Shown here: positions 38,201 through 49,891 of the stretch, one piece after another
Numbering within the stretch: position 1 is the first letter of the stretch
Layout of the letters: every line of letters begins with the position of its first letter
Source: Trichosphaerium sp. ATCC 40318
Taxonomy: Eukaryota; Protista; Tubulinea
NCBI GenBank assembly: GCA_038496445.1
Contig: JALMLS010000310.1
Coordinates: 248,001-312,000, forward strand
Length of the DNA stretch: 64,000 bases
Direction of reading: 5' to 3'
Position numbers and translations under genes: made by a program
Notes under the pieces: generated by a model
The model's input: only the letters and a program-made list of their open reading frames with translations
What the model was told of the DNA's origin: nothing
The model's database searches: none

Positions 38201-39527
38201 CAACAGTTGCCAACACTACTAGGTATGACCCTCAAACGAGCTAACCGAGGCGAAAAATGCAATAACATAATGCTAACATTTAAAATGTTAAACACATTTC
38301 TTGCGGTTTTACTTTGATTTCCTCGTGATACAGTTCTGACACCTTCTAGTGGCACCAGATGAACTTGATGAAAGTGATTCTTCTGATGAGGATATGGATG
38401 TTGCAGAATTAGAGCAAGAACTTGCTATAAAACCAGATCAAATTGGAAAAAGTTTAACACTCTCAGAAAAACCAAAAACTGACTGGGAAACACTTGTAGA
38501 TTTACCACAAATTATGGTACGTTAATAGCACTACTCTCTTACAAATGAAAACACCTACGTTTTAGTCCTTAAAACTAAGGACAATCACGACATATCGCTC
38601 TGATGAGCGAGACAATCAAACAAAAGATTCTCTAAAACTAAACTTTTTGTGTAGAAACGTTCTCGACCAAAGACTGCAATATATGCCACACATCAAGCAG
38701 CACCTTTCGTACTTCCAATGAAGCATACAAAGGATTCAAATAGTACTTTTGATATCAAGGTATGCTTGCTTTCTTTGAAACTATTAACAGAAACGCACCT
38801 TCCTTGCTAACACCCCACAAAGGAGGACGAAGATATCAGTGAATTACCTGCAGTAACAGGTGTAGCAACCTTAGAATCTGAGTTTATTAAGACGCTCAAG
38901 AGAGCAAATGAAGAAGGCAACTGTACGTCTTGCTTTCTTTGCATATTTTGCCCTCAAAGTCTTGATGTCTAACTTTTTTTTTAGTTAATCGAGTCACTGA
39001 AAAACTAAAGACTATGGGTCCTTCTGCTATTGATTTTGAGTTCCGTTTTGTACCTGAAGATGATGGTTTTGTATGCCATAAGATGATATTTACTTTTTTC
39101 AAACATCAACTCAAGAGGCGTAATAATTACGATCTCCTTCAAGCTTACCTTAACGTATTTCTTAAGGTACGCAAAAAAACTCAAAAGAAAAGACTTACAA
39201 TAACTTTTCACAACAAACACGATTTACCATTTTTTAATGCTATACATACTCTACCAATTTCTGTACTTTTAACTCACTCAACTTTTTTTTTTTGGCCGGG
39301 TTTTGTCAAGTTTCTCGATCTTTTTCTTTCTCTTTTTTTCCTTTGTTTTCAGCAATCAGAAAAATTGTTTGTTGATGAATGTCTAGGCACAAGCAGATGC
39401 TATAAGCGCTAGCAAAGAACTCATGTACCTTTCTACTGAATTACAGACAATTGTAAAGAAGGATACACATGTTCAAGATATGATGCATAGTAACTTATGT
39501 CTACTAGACCATTTCTTAGACATGTAA
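35205..39527 (+). CDS. UTP21: U3 snoRNA-associated protein 21 / WDR36
   Basis: MASQIFSPYRIVGVYSSDVPF, HPRTYLNKILVG, SPVLDVVAIGLANG, VSACGNYG, WDLPTGRCID; Utp21 C-terminus MGPSAIDFEFR...NYDLLQAYLNVFLK. Confidence 0.93.
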
Positions 39528-39946
39528 ATAAAAAAATTCTGTTACGAAGTCAGGTGTACTTAACCGTAATGAAATGAAAAATTGGAAGTTGGAGATCACG
39601 TGACTTGTATGGCATTTTGATTTAAGCAGCCGTGTGATTGTATTTAGTCGAGTGCAAAGGATAAAAATATTTCTTTGAAATACGTATAAGTCGGTACGGT
39701 TTCAATTCTTCGCGTTCTTGTACAGTGCATCATTGTACGGTGCATGATAAAATAGATCTGCGGTACCAAACAACTAGTCTAGGAAGGCAAGCTAAAGTAT
39801 TAAACAATAGGACACGACTATGCCAGGATTAAAGCGAGTGTATCCGTATTGTATTGTGGGAAGTATACATCAGAAAAAAAAAAGATAAATAGAAAACAAG
39901 ATAAAAGGCAAATTAACTAAAGGGAAATAAATTCGTTTATTTCTGT

Positions 39947-40702
39947 TCAAGCAGCACAGCTACAATCTCCGTTGTTTGGGAGAATTACATGATCATTGGC
40001 ACCGTCACCGTCAATTAAAGCGTTACCGTTGAAGCAAAAGTGAAAGCCGTTGAAAACATAGAATCTGGTGAATCTCCATCCATCGTTGCTGAAATTCTTG
40101 ACTTCAAGGCCAGTGAGAGCTTTTGAAGGGTCTTTGATTGGGGCAGCCATGAAGAAGTGGTCGATAGCGCCGGCTTGGAAGTCATCAATACGCTTGTCGT
40201 CAACGTTAGCACTCCAAGGTGATGTTGTTGTATCGGTGTAGACATATCTGTATCGAATTTGACCGTCTGTTTTATCATGCGTTCCAGTGCCGGTTTCGGT
40301 CATGATAAATGTATCTGCTGTATCTAGTTCTTTTTTGAGCGTATCTCCCGAAGCGCCTCCGTTGATCAAGTTACACTGGTTCATCATGAATAAGTTGCAG
40401 ATGGAATCCTGGTAACTTGTATAGAAATTGCATCTTATGTCGTCAGTGCAAAGTTGCTCGCATTCTTCCTTTGTTACGAATGTGTCTCTAGGGAAGGCAC
40501 ATTCTCCAGGACCGCCAACCGAGTTACAGTGAGTAACTGTTGAGCCTGCAAAGGAGCCATCACAGTTAACAAAGCGGCCTGCGTGCATGTCTTTGCGACA
40601 TCCTTGACATGTTTCGGTTGAAGCTATTGCAAGTGGCGTGTAAGTTACAAATGCAAAGGCGAGGGAGATAAGGGATAGAACAATGATGAGTTGTTGTGTC
40701 AT
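39947..40702 (-). CDS. secreted PAN/apple + PLAT/LH2-like domain protein, intronless
   Basis: Signal peptide; TKEECEQLCTDDIRCNFYTSYQDSICNL (PAN pattern); TGTGTHDKTDGQI...DDFQAGAIDHF...NDGWRF (PLAT pattern). Confidence 0.75.
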   Translation of the reverse strand: MTQQLIIVLSLISLAFAFVTYTPLAIASTETCQGCRKDMHAGRFVNCDGSFAGSTVTHCNSVGGPGECAFPRDTFVTKEECEQLCTDDIRCNFYTSYQDSICNLFMMNQCNLINGGASGDTLKKELDTADTFIMTETGTGTHDKTDGQIRYRYVYTDTTTSPWSANVDDKRIDDFQAGAIDHFFMAAPIKDPSKALTGLEVKNFSNDGWRFTRFYVFNGFHFCFNGNALIDGDGANDHVILPNNGDCSCAA

Positions 40703-41732
40703 GTTGTTCGGTGAGAAATTTATGCTTAATTGTGCGTTGGTGATGTGATGTCATATCAATTGTTGTGAGATTTCGCTGTTTTCATTTTTTTCTTATGGAT
40801 AGAAGTACGTCAAAGACTTTGCTTCAATGCTTGTAGTGCTTTGTTTTTCCTTTTCATTTTAGAGACGCTAACTACGTTTCAAACCAGATATTGTTGAAAT
40901 TCAGTGAAGTTTTTTCTCAACCACTCAAAAACTGTGTTCACGTGATTTTTTTCAGATCTCAGAACAACTTTGAAAAATGTACCCCAAACCACAGGCTATT
41001 AGCCAAGTAAATCAATAAGGAAAAGCTTGATTTGAAACTACAAACATACGTACTTGAACTCCGCTTCCATACCGTGTTTTTTCGTGTATCATTTTCTTCT
41101 CAACCAATTCGAACTATACAAAACTATCTATCTCCTAGTTCTAGATGTAACGAAACCATACTTATTTATTATCTCACATGAAACTTTGTTGTGCACGTTC
41201 TAAAACGAAGCAATCATTGATTATAAACTGAACGCTTGTGCACTATAATAGTGTTGAAACTGGTAAAGCGGCAAGTTCTAAATTGCATTTCGTGCTAGAT
41301 TTCATATTCGCCAAAGAGTTTGGCTATCTATTGGCTAGTCATTGTATGGAGCATCTAAATATGTCCACAATGAGACCACAATCAAGTGGTGAGCAGTGTA
41401 TCAGCTTCGCTCGGAACCTCTTGTGTGGACCAACAACAATACAAACCTTTGAGCAAATTATGAAAATTGTTGCAGACGTGGTGTCTTTAATTTAACCCCT
41501 AGCCTAGTATATCCGGGAAGAACAAGAGCTTGGATAGCGTGAACTCCATCTCGCAAGCCACAAGCGGAGGCATGTTGATGGTGACCTTCCTGTCACGCGT
41601 TCAGAGACGCTACACTGTTTATTTAAACTAGCACATAGCACAACAATTTTCAAGCAGAAATAAAAAGCCAAGACCACCAAAACGTTTACATGCTTGAATA
41701 TTGTCCTTACTTACAGTACAAATTATGTACGC

Positions 41733-43890
41733 TCAATACCGAATGTTATTGGTTTCATGGTACTCTTTCTTTCTTGAAATATAATCCCAGTTATCACAAT
41801 CATGTTCCCGGACCATCATACCGTAAACAATGACATCGTTTGGATCTTTCACTGCGCAAAATATTAGAATAATTTTACTAGCAAGGTTTTTTCGTTTTGG
41901 TATTGTTTGCTTACCTAGCCATTCCATCTTTGTTCTGTCAGTAAAATTTTCATCGATTCTCAGGTGTTCTGGCCAGTGCCTATTCTTTAATGTATCTTTA
42001 CCACACGCGAATGAGTCTAAATGATAAACACGTGATGAGTTAACAAACGATGGAAGCTAAGTGTAATACCTGGTTTAACACGAACTTGAAACACAAGTTG
42101 TCCCCATCTGTTTTCTCCAGTTTTTTTAAAAGGTGAGTACACAGGATGAGCAGCGAGCTCAATACTAGGTGTAAGATATATAACTCCATCGTTACAAACA
42201 GTACTAGCACCTAAGAACATATTAAGCGTTGCACCTGTAGAAAGGAAGAAAGATTACCGGATTGTCCGTGCTTGACAGGCAGCTTATAGTCTTCTACTAT
42301 TGAACCAGGTTTCCGTATACCATTGCGAAGGATAAGGTTTATAGACTCGAATTTTGTCCCGTGGTACGCTACACACCAGTTTTTGTACTTTGACTCAAAA
42401 TCCTTCACGTGTATGCCGTATCTTGTCCAACCTCTGCAAAAATAGAGTTAGGAAGTAATCGTTTTGATCATTTTAGTTGATTGTACCTTGGTTTGTAATA
42501 AGGCTGACCTCCGCGCATTAACTTCCAGTTACTATTCATACTATATATTCTATTAAAAGTTTCATGGAATAATGATGGGTCAACCACGAGTGTTTTTCTT
42601 GTATCGTTTTTTAACATCTTTGCCTTTTTTTTTGTTTAAGTCAGTTTTAGAAGAATTACTTTTGGTTGCATACCTGCTTCTCAGCGAATTTTTTTGCTTC
42701 TTCGTTTTTTAAGAGGAACTCTTTGTATATCTCTCTAAATCCTTTACCATCTCTTATCTCTACATCCAATACGAGCTCCATATTCTTATCCAACTTGTTT
42801 AAAATATTATTATCAGCACGCCTTAACTTCATTCTTGTTTTAGGGATGCCATAATGAATTGTCACGTGTTGACGTATTGTAGAAGAAGTTAATGGTATCT
42901 TTCCTCTACAACAAAAGAATATGTGTCCATATTCTCCAGGTAACTTTACCGATAAAGGAGCAACATTACAAAGTTCAATAATATCACCTTCTTTAAACGA
43001 ATAGTCTTCTATTTTCTTGAACGGATCAAGCACTTCTCCGCTTGTCTTCTTCTTAATTGTTGATAAAAATAGTTCTTCACGTGGTAGACCCCATACTTTA
43101 GCACATTCTCGTATACTTGCCAATAAAGTTTTAGGTGTTACCTACAGACTAGAGTTTTAATAAATAAACAAAAAACTCATAATTTTGTTTTCAGTACTTA
43201 CTTTAACTTCATGAAGCTCGCTTCGCCATAGTAAGTATAAAGAAAATTCTGGGAGTACAGTTAGTTTTAGCTCTTGGTTTTTCTTCAACTCGAACTCATG
43301 AGGAAGTGGTGTATCGCTGTTAATGAGCGAAATAACTTGTCTGTGGATAGGTATTTTGCGTTTGCTTCTAATTTCGTTGCAAACCTTTTAAATCAATAAA
43401 CAACTTACCACGAACGTGTATCATACCTGTTTAACATTCGCAGCACCTTTGACTGTAAAATGATTCTTGTCGAAACAGGAACTCACAATTTTGACAGGAA
43501 CTCTTGAGGTTAAGGTCCTATTTGAAGCAGAAAACAAAATGGTGTTTTCCTTCAAATCAACACTTTTGTCGGATATGTTCTTGTCTCGCTCTCCTACAAA
43601 ATAATTAATCACGTGATTTACAAAATACTATTAGTCATCATGTATAGGCGTATTTTTTCAGGTCCTTACGTACGTATCTTTCCCTTTAGGAGCTCTTTGA
43701 CCTCCTCGCTTGTTTTTCCGGCTACTTCCCTTGGATTTAAAGGTATAGCTGCTGTGTCTTCGTCTGACGTTAGAATAAGACTGTATTCAGCATCAACATT
43801 GTTTTTAGGCTCATTAGTAACAAGAGATACTTGTGATAGCCCACAATTCTTTGCGCAGTCTTGTAGTAAGCCTAAAAGTAAATCGTTCAT
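41733..43890 (-). CDS. tandem ubiquitin-like domains + C-terminal PARP/NEURL4-like ADP-ribosyltransferase domain
   Basis: Ubl-like segments (IPIHRQVI; WGLPREELFL...KKIEDYSFKEGDIIEL; YGIPKTRMKL). ART domain RGGQPYYKPRGWTRYGI...WCVAYHGT...IYLTPSIELAAHPVY...VFQVRVKP...KMEWL...VIVYGMMVR. Confidence 0.78.
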
Positions 43891-44117
43891 AAAATTTACA
43901 AGAGAAGCTTTAATAACGAGTAGTAAACGTTGAGTTTGGGAACTTTCTGTGAAAGCAAACCAGAGTCAGATGAAATAGTGCACACCAGTACTTTATGTCA
44001 TGTTTATAAACCACTACGCCAAAAGAGTATTTCCACACTCACTGTCGGAGAATAACTTCACAAAAATAACAGCACTAGCATCTTCGTTAAAATGTTTATG
44101 AGTTTAATAAGAACAAT

Positions 44118-45047
44118 CTACAGCCACCTTAGCACTACAATGGTGACTGAAAGGAGAGCCAGGTGACGGTATACAATGGAGTGTTTTAAGACTGCCTTTG
44201 ATGTATCTGGGGCGGCCGTGCCTGTGATTGGAGCGGTAGGAGAAGTTGTTTCATTTTTACATAAAAAATCTTGACATTCTCCTAGGTTCTGCACCTGAAA
44301 CACAGCCTCACAAGTGTTACTACGGCGATTAGTGCATCTGCACAGTTTAGAGGATCCTATTGGTGTTATTTAGAGCACAAAACATTGTCCGCAAGGTACC
44401 CAAGAAAGGTTTGCAACAAAAAAAACACTCTTGTCCATCTCCAGCATTGGCACAAGCTTGCGCTTGTGATATAGAAGGGCAAAAGTTATCCGTACAATTA
44501 CCTATTACCCGTTAGCATAAAGATCGTTTTGGGCGAAAATTGGTGTATGTGTTTAAAATCGCACCTGCGGAAGCACATATATCTATTGAAGATGCAGTGG
44601 GCATGGTTGGTTCGGGTGTAGCTACATCATTGCCACAACTGAAATTTTGACACTCTGAGGAGTTCTGCGCCTGAAACACAGTACTACAGTTATTACCACG
44701 GCGATTAGTGCATCTGCACAGTTTAGAGGATCCTATTGGTGTTAATTTGAGCACAAAACATTGTCCGCAAGTACCCAAGAAAGGTTCGCAACAAAAAAAA
44801 CACTCTTGTCCATCTCCAGCATTGGCACAAGCTTGCGCTTGTGATATAGAAGGGCAAAAGTTATCCGTACAATTACCTATTACCCGTTAGCATAATTTTA
44901 AGCTTAAAAGCTTGGTAGAGCGAGAACAAGAGCTGTTGCTGCTCTTAATTTTTGGTTTAACGTGCCTGCAGACGCGCATACATCTTGGGCTGAGGCTAGC
45001 GAGTGTAGTAGTGAAAGTATTAGACAAACTAAAAGTAACTGGTACAT
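44118..45047 (-). CDS. GPI-anchored Cys-rich surface protein with two tandem ~120-aa repeats; second repeat disrupted in this assembly
   Basis: Signal MYQLLLVCLILSLLHSLASA; repeat DVCASAGNCTDNFCPSISQAQACANAGDGQECFFCCEPFLGTCGQCF...CRCTNRRGNNC...C; C-terminal Thr/Pro spacer and hydrophobic tail. Copy 2 has a +1 G (~44395) and a TAA (~44370). Confidence 0.72.
44290..44895. repeat. tandem duplication, ~375-bp period
   Basis: 44325-44520 is nearly identical to 44701-44895; the flanking parts of the two units are visibly more diverged. Confidence 0.92.
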
Positions 45048-46114
45048 TGTTGTATTTTATTTTTATGATTATATCACGTGTTTACCAATGATGACTTCAA
45101 GGACTTGAGAGATGTATCTAAATATTTTCGCTGTATTTATCGAGTCTTAAAATGGTGTTCACTGTGAAATATTTCAAGTTTTTAGCGACATTTACAAGCA
45201 GATTTCAAGAAAAATTTTTCTGGATAATCAACATCAACTGGATGATGATATTGTTGTATATTACATATACGCACGCGATATTTTGCACTTTTTCGTTAAT
45301 TACTTTTTTGTATTCGAAGTACAGTAAATCGCCCTATTACCTACTCGTTTGTAATGATACCATTAATTAATAGGCAAAACCAGGGTCACGCTAGTACCTT
45401 ATGAAGGTGAATGGTACTTTTTCGCACATCAAGAGCGTGGCCTGAATCGCTTGAGTAATTGTTGATTGGGCAACAAGTCGTGCTCTCCAATAGAGTTCGA
45501 TGAAGCCACCTGGCTTTTCTTATCCAGCTGTAGTGACCATCATGGTTCCAGCAACTTGAGTAGTATCAATAAAACCACAAACTTGTCAACGCACCACCAC
45601 TCCACCACTCTCCTTGTATTGTTACAAAAGGGTTTTACATGTACTAAAGTTTAGCCCAACGCTTCTACCATTGATTACTTTCACTGTACCTCTTCCCTCT
45701 CGCTCATGTGTGGTCCAGAGACTGGCTAGGTTTCCTCAATAAAAAATTTTACTTTTATCAGTTATAATGTCCTAGTTACTTTATTATACATGATATTTCC
45801 GAAGCAGTTGGGTTAATCGCTACTTAGTCATAGGTAATAGCAAATATTGAGTGGATTTTACTGCTATTCAGGTGGATCTTATGTTTCCGTTTAAAGGTAG
45901 TTTTTTTTGTTTTCTCTTTCTCTTTCGTGTATTTTGCTCTTGGGCATCTACCTTGAATGATTTGGTGTACCTACCTAATCTTTTGTTTATCCCTTTGCTT
46001 TGTTGTTCAACCCTGACATTGGGCACATTTGTTGCAATTCTTGAATAGAAGTTTGTCAAAGTTGTATACTTCTTAAACAACGTCCTTTTGAGTGTTTTTC
46101 TGTTTGTGTCTTGA

Positions 46115-48023
46115 CTACGTTTGTGCGAATACACCTGACTGTGGAGACATTACAGATGTATCTTCATGCCTCGTTGCTAACTTAGCATGTGATATGAGTC
46201 TTTTTGAAACAATCATAGGCTTAATATTCGGGTTGACCTCAAAAGGCAGTTTCACGCCAGGCATACAATATCGTATTGTAGCAGCTAAAGTATCTATGTC
46301 ACCACGCCACCTAAAGGAGTATTTAGCAAGGTGTACTGTAATATGTAATAGGTACCAGTAAGGTATGTATATTAACGTGATACCTACAGAAACGAGATTA
46401 GTAACAACGGAACAAAAGCAAGCGTTTTTTAGTACCTATTTCTTTACACAAGTGCATCTTTTCGGCATCACGCACTTGATGCACTATTGTGGGCTGCGCT
46501 TGTGGAAGCAAATCGTGGTAGTGATGCTCTCCTGCTTACAATGAGTATAAAACTAATAGGTAGACTTTTTCTTACCTTGGTATTCAAAGCCTAGTTCATA
46601 CTTTGGCACATAGATATCTAATGTCATTGCAATATTCGTAGATGGTCTCAATCCAATAGCGTGTTCTTCTTCTATTGGCATACTTGAAAACAACATTTTT
46701 ATACACTTAAGTAGCCACCTGTTTGTACAATCAATACAACTTTATCAACTAAATAACCCTGATCAACAAACTCAGTTTGTTGGCGCAGAGTCCTTTCGGA
46801 TTATGGACGTATGGGTACTGGTTAAAGGCTACAGCGCATTCATTCTTCGACTTGTTGATTGGAAAACTTGTAATAGATCTACGTACCTTTGTTCTGATTT
46901 TCTAAAAGCAGGAAATAAACTCCAGTCCCACTTAAGACCAGGATATACTGTTTTTAATATTCCTGGATATGTAGGAAACATCCCAGAACCACCAATACCA
47001 ATTAGTTGTGCTTGAGATACATCATACCTAAAAAGCTGTATAAATATGACTTTCCTGATTGATGTTCATAGTTAATTGTACCAGTGGTATGGTGAAGTTA
47101 TCTTCAATGATTTCTCGATATGATGTATAAAATTTGCTTGGTTACTTGATTCCTCCCAAAACCCTACAAAGATCAAACTTAGTTGAGCATACCTAAAACA
47201 CCTTCTTGCTAAGAAACAGACCTCTTGGTACTGTGCTAAACCTCCATGGTACCCAATTATATTTTGGGTATAATGTCTTCAGTGCTATCGATATAGAGTC
47301 GTTATACCTACGTCAGTAAGAACAATCACGTGGCATTCAGAAACATAAAAATCTAGTAGAAAATACCTATTCATTAGACCTCGTATACTGGCATATGCGC
47401 CTGTTGCTTTGTACCAGTCGTCTAGAGTCTTTATACCCATTGACTCTCCTACCATATCAAGCCTTGCTTTTTGATTTTCGACATTGCTCCAGTAGTATTG
47501 AGGAGCATTCCTTCAAACTGTCAACAAAAAAATACAAAAAAACCTTGTCATTTGTTCTTAAAACTTCTTACACGAACTTCCAAGGTTCCCAAGAGCGTTC
47601 TGGAAACAGTGTTGAAACAGTACGATACACTGAATTGCCATGACTGAGAGTTTATGAGGAGATAAAAGGATAAAACTTTTTTGTACTATGCAAGAACAGA
47701 ACCACAGCCGTTATCGCGTACAACCTCCTTTGTGATGTTATACCAATCATCGTGCTTTCGAAAGCCAAGCTTTTTGGCGATTAAGTTCTCAAAGGCGTGT
47801 ATCTGATTTTCAAGCTCCCAATAGCCGTCTGGAAGCTTTTGGCCACGCGCTACGAACGTTTCACGCGCAGTTGGAGCACCTATCAGTTAAAGAAGTCAAA
47901 ATATGCGTAATTCGCCGTGCAATGCGTGGTAAACGCTAAAAATTAAATTATGAATTGATTTGTACGCCTACGTCGCAGCTTCTTTCTTGGGTTCCTGCGT
48001 AGCCTTCCAGGGTACAATCGCAT
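46115..48023 (-). CDS. Trp-rich ~70-aa repeat protein with C-terminal PD-(D/E)xK (Vsr/DUF559/RAP-like) domain, copy A; 3' end uncertain
   Basis: N-terminus MRLYPGRLRRNPRKKLRRAPTAR; three repeats (PDGYWELENQ...DDWY...FPERSWEPWKF; PQYYWSNVENQ...DDWY...YPKYNWVPWRF; PRGFWEESSNQ...HWY...YPGLKWDWSLF); then TLDIYVPKYELGFEYQGEHHY...DAEKMHLCKEIGITLIYIPYWW. Confidence 0.82.
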
Positions 48024-48279
48024 TCTAAAACGAGCGCAAAATAATACAACTGACACGACATAGTTTTTAAGCGCGTTGACTGTTTTCGTTTGGCAAGCCA
48101 ATAACCGATTTTGGGATCAGACCGAATTTCACGTAAGTTTGCTCGTTCATGAACCAACAGTGTGTTTGCATAGAGAGCAAAATATGATGTAAATACGCTC
48201 TAGATGACATATAGGCAAGGAGCTTCTTGTATTCATGACGTACCCTAAGTGTCATGCAGATAATAACCCAAATGTCAAC

Positions 48280-49640
48280 TTGATCCAAACAATGGTAGGA
48301 CACGCATAAAACGCCTTGTAGTAGAAATATCAATCATAATCACTTTTGCGTATTACCCAAAGTCAGTGAATTACTATATCTAAAACAGAGTACGCTAAGA
48401 TTGAACGCGAGCTCACAGGTACAACAACATTACAACTAGTTTTCCATAAAGCTAAAGTACTTTTTTAAGGCGACTACAAAACCATAAAAGGACCAGCGTT
48501 GTACTTCCTTGGTATGAGAATCTCCAAATTCTTTATACTAATAAAAACAAAGATGCTCATGAACAGGTCTTTGGAAACGGCAAAGTGACCAGCGAAACAG
48601 TTGGGTCCAACTGATTACTTAAGTACAAGTGATGAACAAACTGGTAAATTGTCAAATTAAAGGTCCTTTGCTATGGTTCCCAGGTAGGCACTGTCTTTTA
48701 AAAAACCTGATTCTACTTTCCCTTATCTACCAAGAGGGAGCAATTTTGGCTTCGATTTAAGACCGTATGATAAAATAACAAGAGACTGCTCTTCCACTAC
48801 AGCACACCCAAAATATCAAAATCCTTGGTACTGAGAACGGTATCATACGTGTTGAACAAGGAGAAGACTTGATATATCTAGCCAACAGAGCTGTTGAGGA
48901 GGTAGAGAGAATCCGTAAAAAGATTGCTTTGGAAGATCAGAAAGCGTAATAATCAGGATAAGGATGGTAGTTTCCACTTAAACATGGCACGTGTTTATTG
49001 CATTTACACGTATTCTAATGCACAGCAGGTTGCAAGGATCCAAATGGAACTCTGATAGAAGTTGAAGACAAGGTATCAAAGAAGAAAAAAGCAAAAAAGA
49101 ATGACTCTCAAAAGGTATGTTTGAAGAAAACATGTTTTGTGCATTTCGCTTTTTCCAGGAGCTAAAAGAGAATCAAGTCAGTGCCTTATTCTTTTACTCA
49201 CATGGTATAGGAAAGCATTTTCCAAAGCGAAGATGATCTAATAAAACAGATGCTTAAGATAGAATATCAAAGAGCATTCTTTATTCCACCTTACTGTGAC
49301 ATTCAATTAATGTACAAGAAACCTGAAAAATAAGTTTGAAAAGATCACTCGTATTGACAGAAGACCTACAGAACGTGCAGCTCAATATAAGCATGTGGAA
49401 CACTTCGAAAGATTGATACTCTACAGTACAACATTAACCATGTGACTCTTTTTTGTTAACACTATGTTTTAGATGTGTATCACAAGTCAACAGTCGTATG
49501 TATTTTTTACCCCTATATCAATTGAAACATTTGAAAATCCTGCTTTGGATGTACCTTGTTATTTCTCTTTTTTTTCTTACAATGGCTTGAAGTTATGCTC
49601 ACTATTTTTGTAGAAGAAACCTCTACTAAGAAATAAGTAA
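48280..49640 (+). pseudogene. disrupted major-vault-protein-like repeat gene (pseudogene or poorly assembled)
   Basis: Fragments LDPNNEYAKIERELTGDYKTIKGPALYFLDAHEQV, DEQTGK..KGPLLWFPG, TENGIIRVEQGEDLIYL, RAFFIPPYC and KITRIDRRP resemble vault-type beta repeats; intact splice sites but many frameshifts and stops. Confidence 0.5.
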
Positions 49641-49891
49641 AGGCAAATCGTGCTGATAAGTATGACTTCAACAAATTCACAAAAAAAAGTGTCAAATAAA
49701 AACACCTCTTTTGTTATTGGCAAGTTGTATGACCTAAGGTAGCCCTTATCCTACAATATACGTTTAACAACGTGTGGCGATTCGCAAATACTTGAACCCC
49801 TTGCAAGATATTAATAAAAGAACATGTTTGGCACTCACACTAAGCTTGACCTGAAATGAAGTTCTAAACAAGTGACATTTACAACTTATCA

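Noticed and set aside
41510-41620. GC-richer stretch with a U3 box-B-like TAGCGTGAA and partial hairpin
   Set aside because: No convincing box A, C or D (no terminal CTGA); an Infernal/Rfam scan would be needed.
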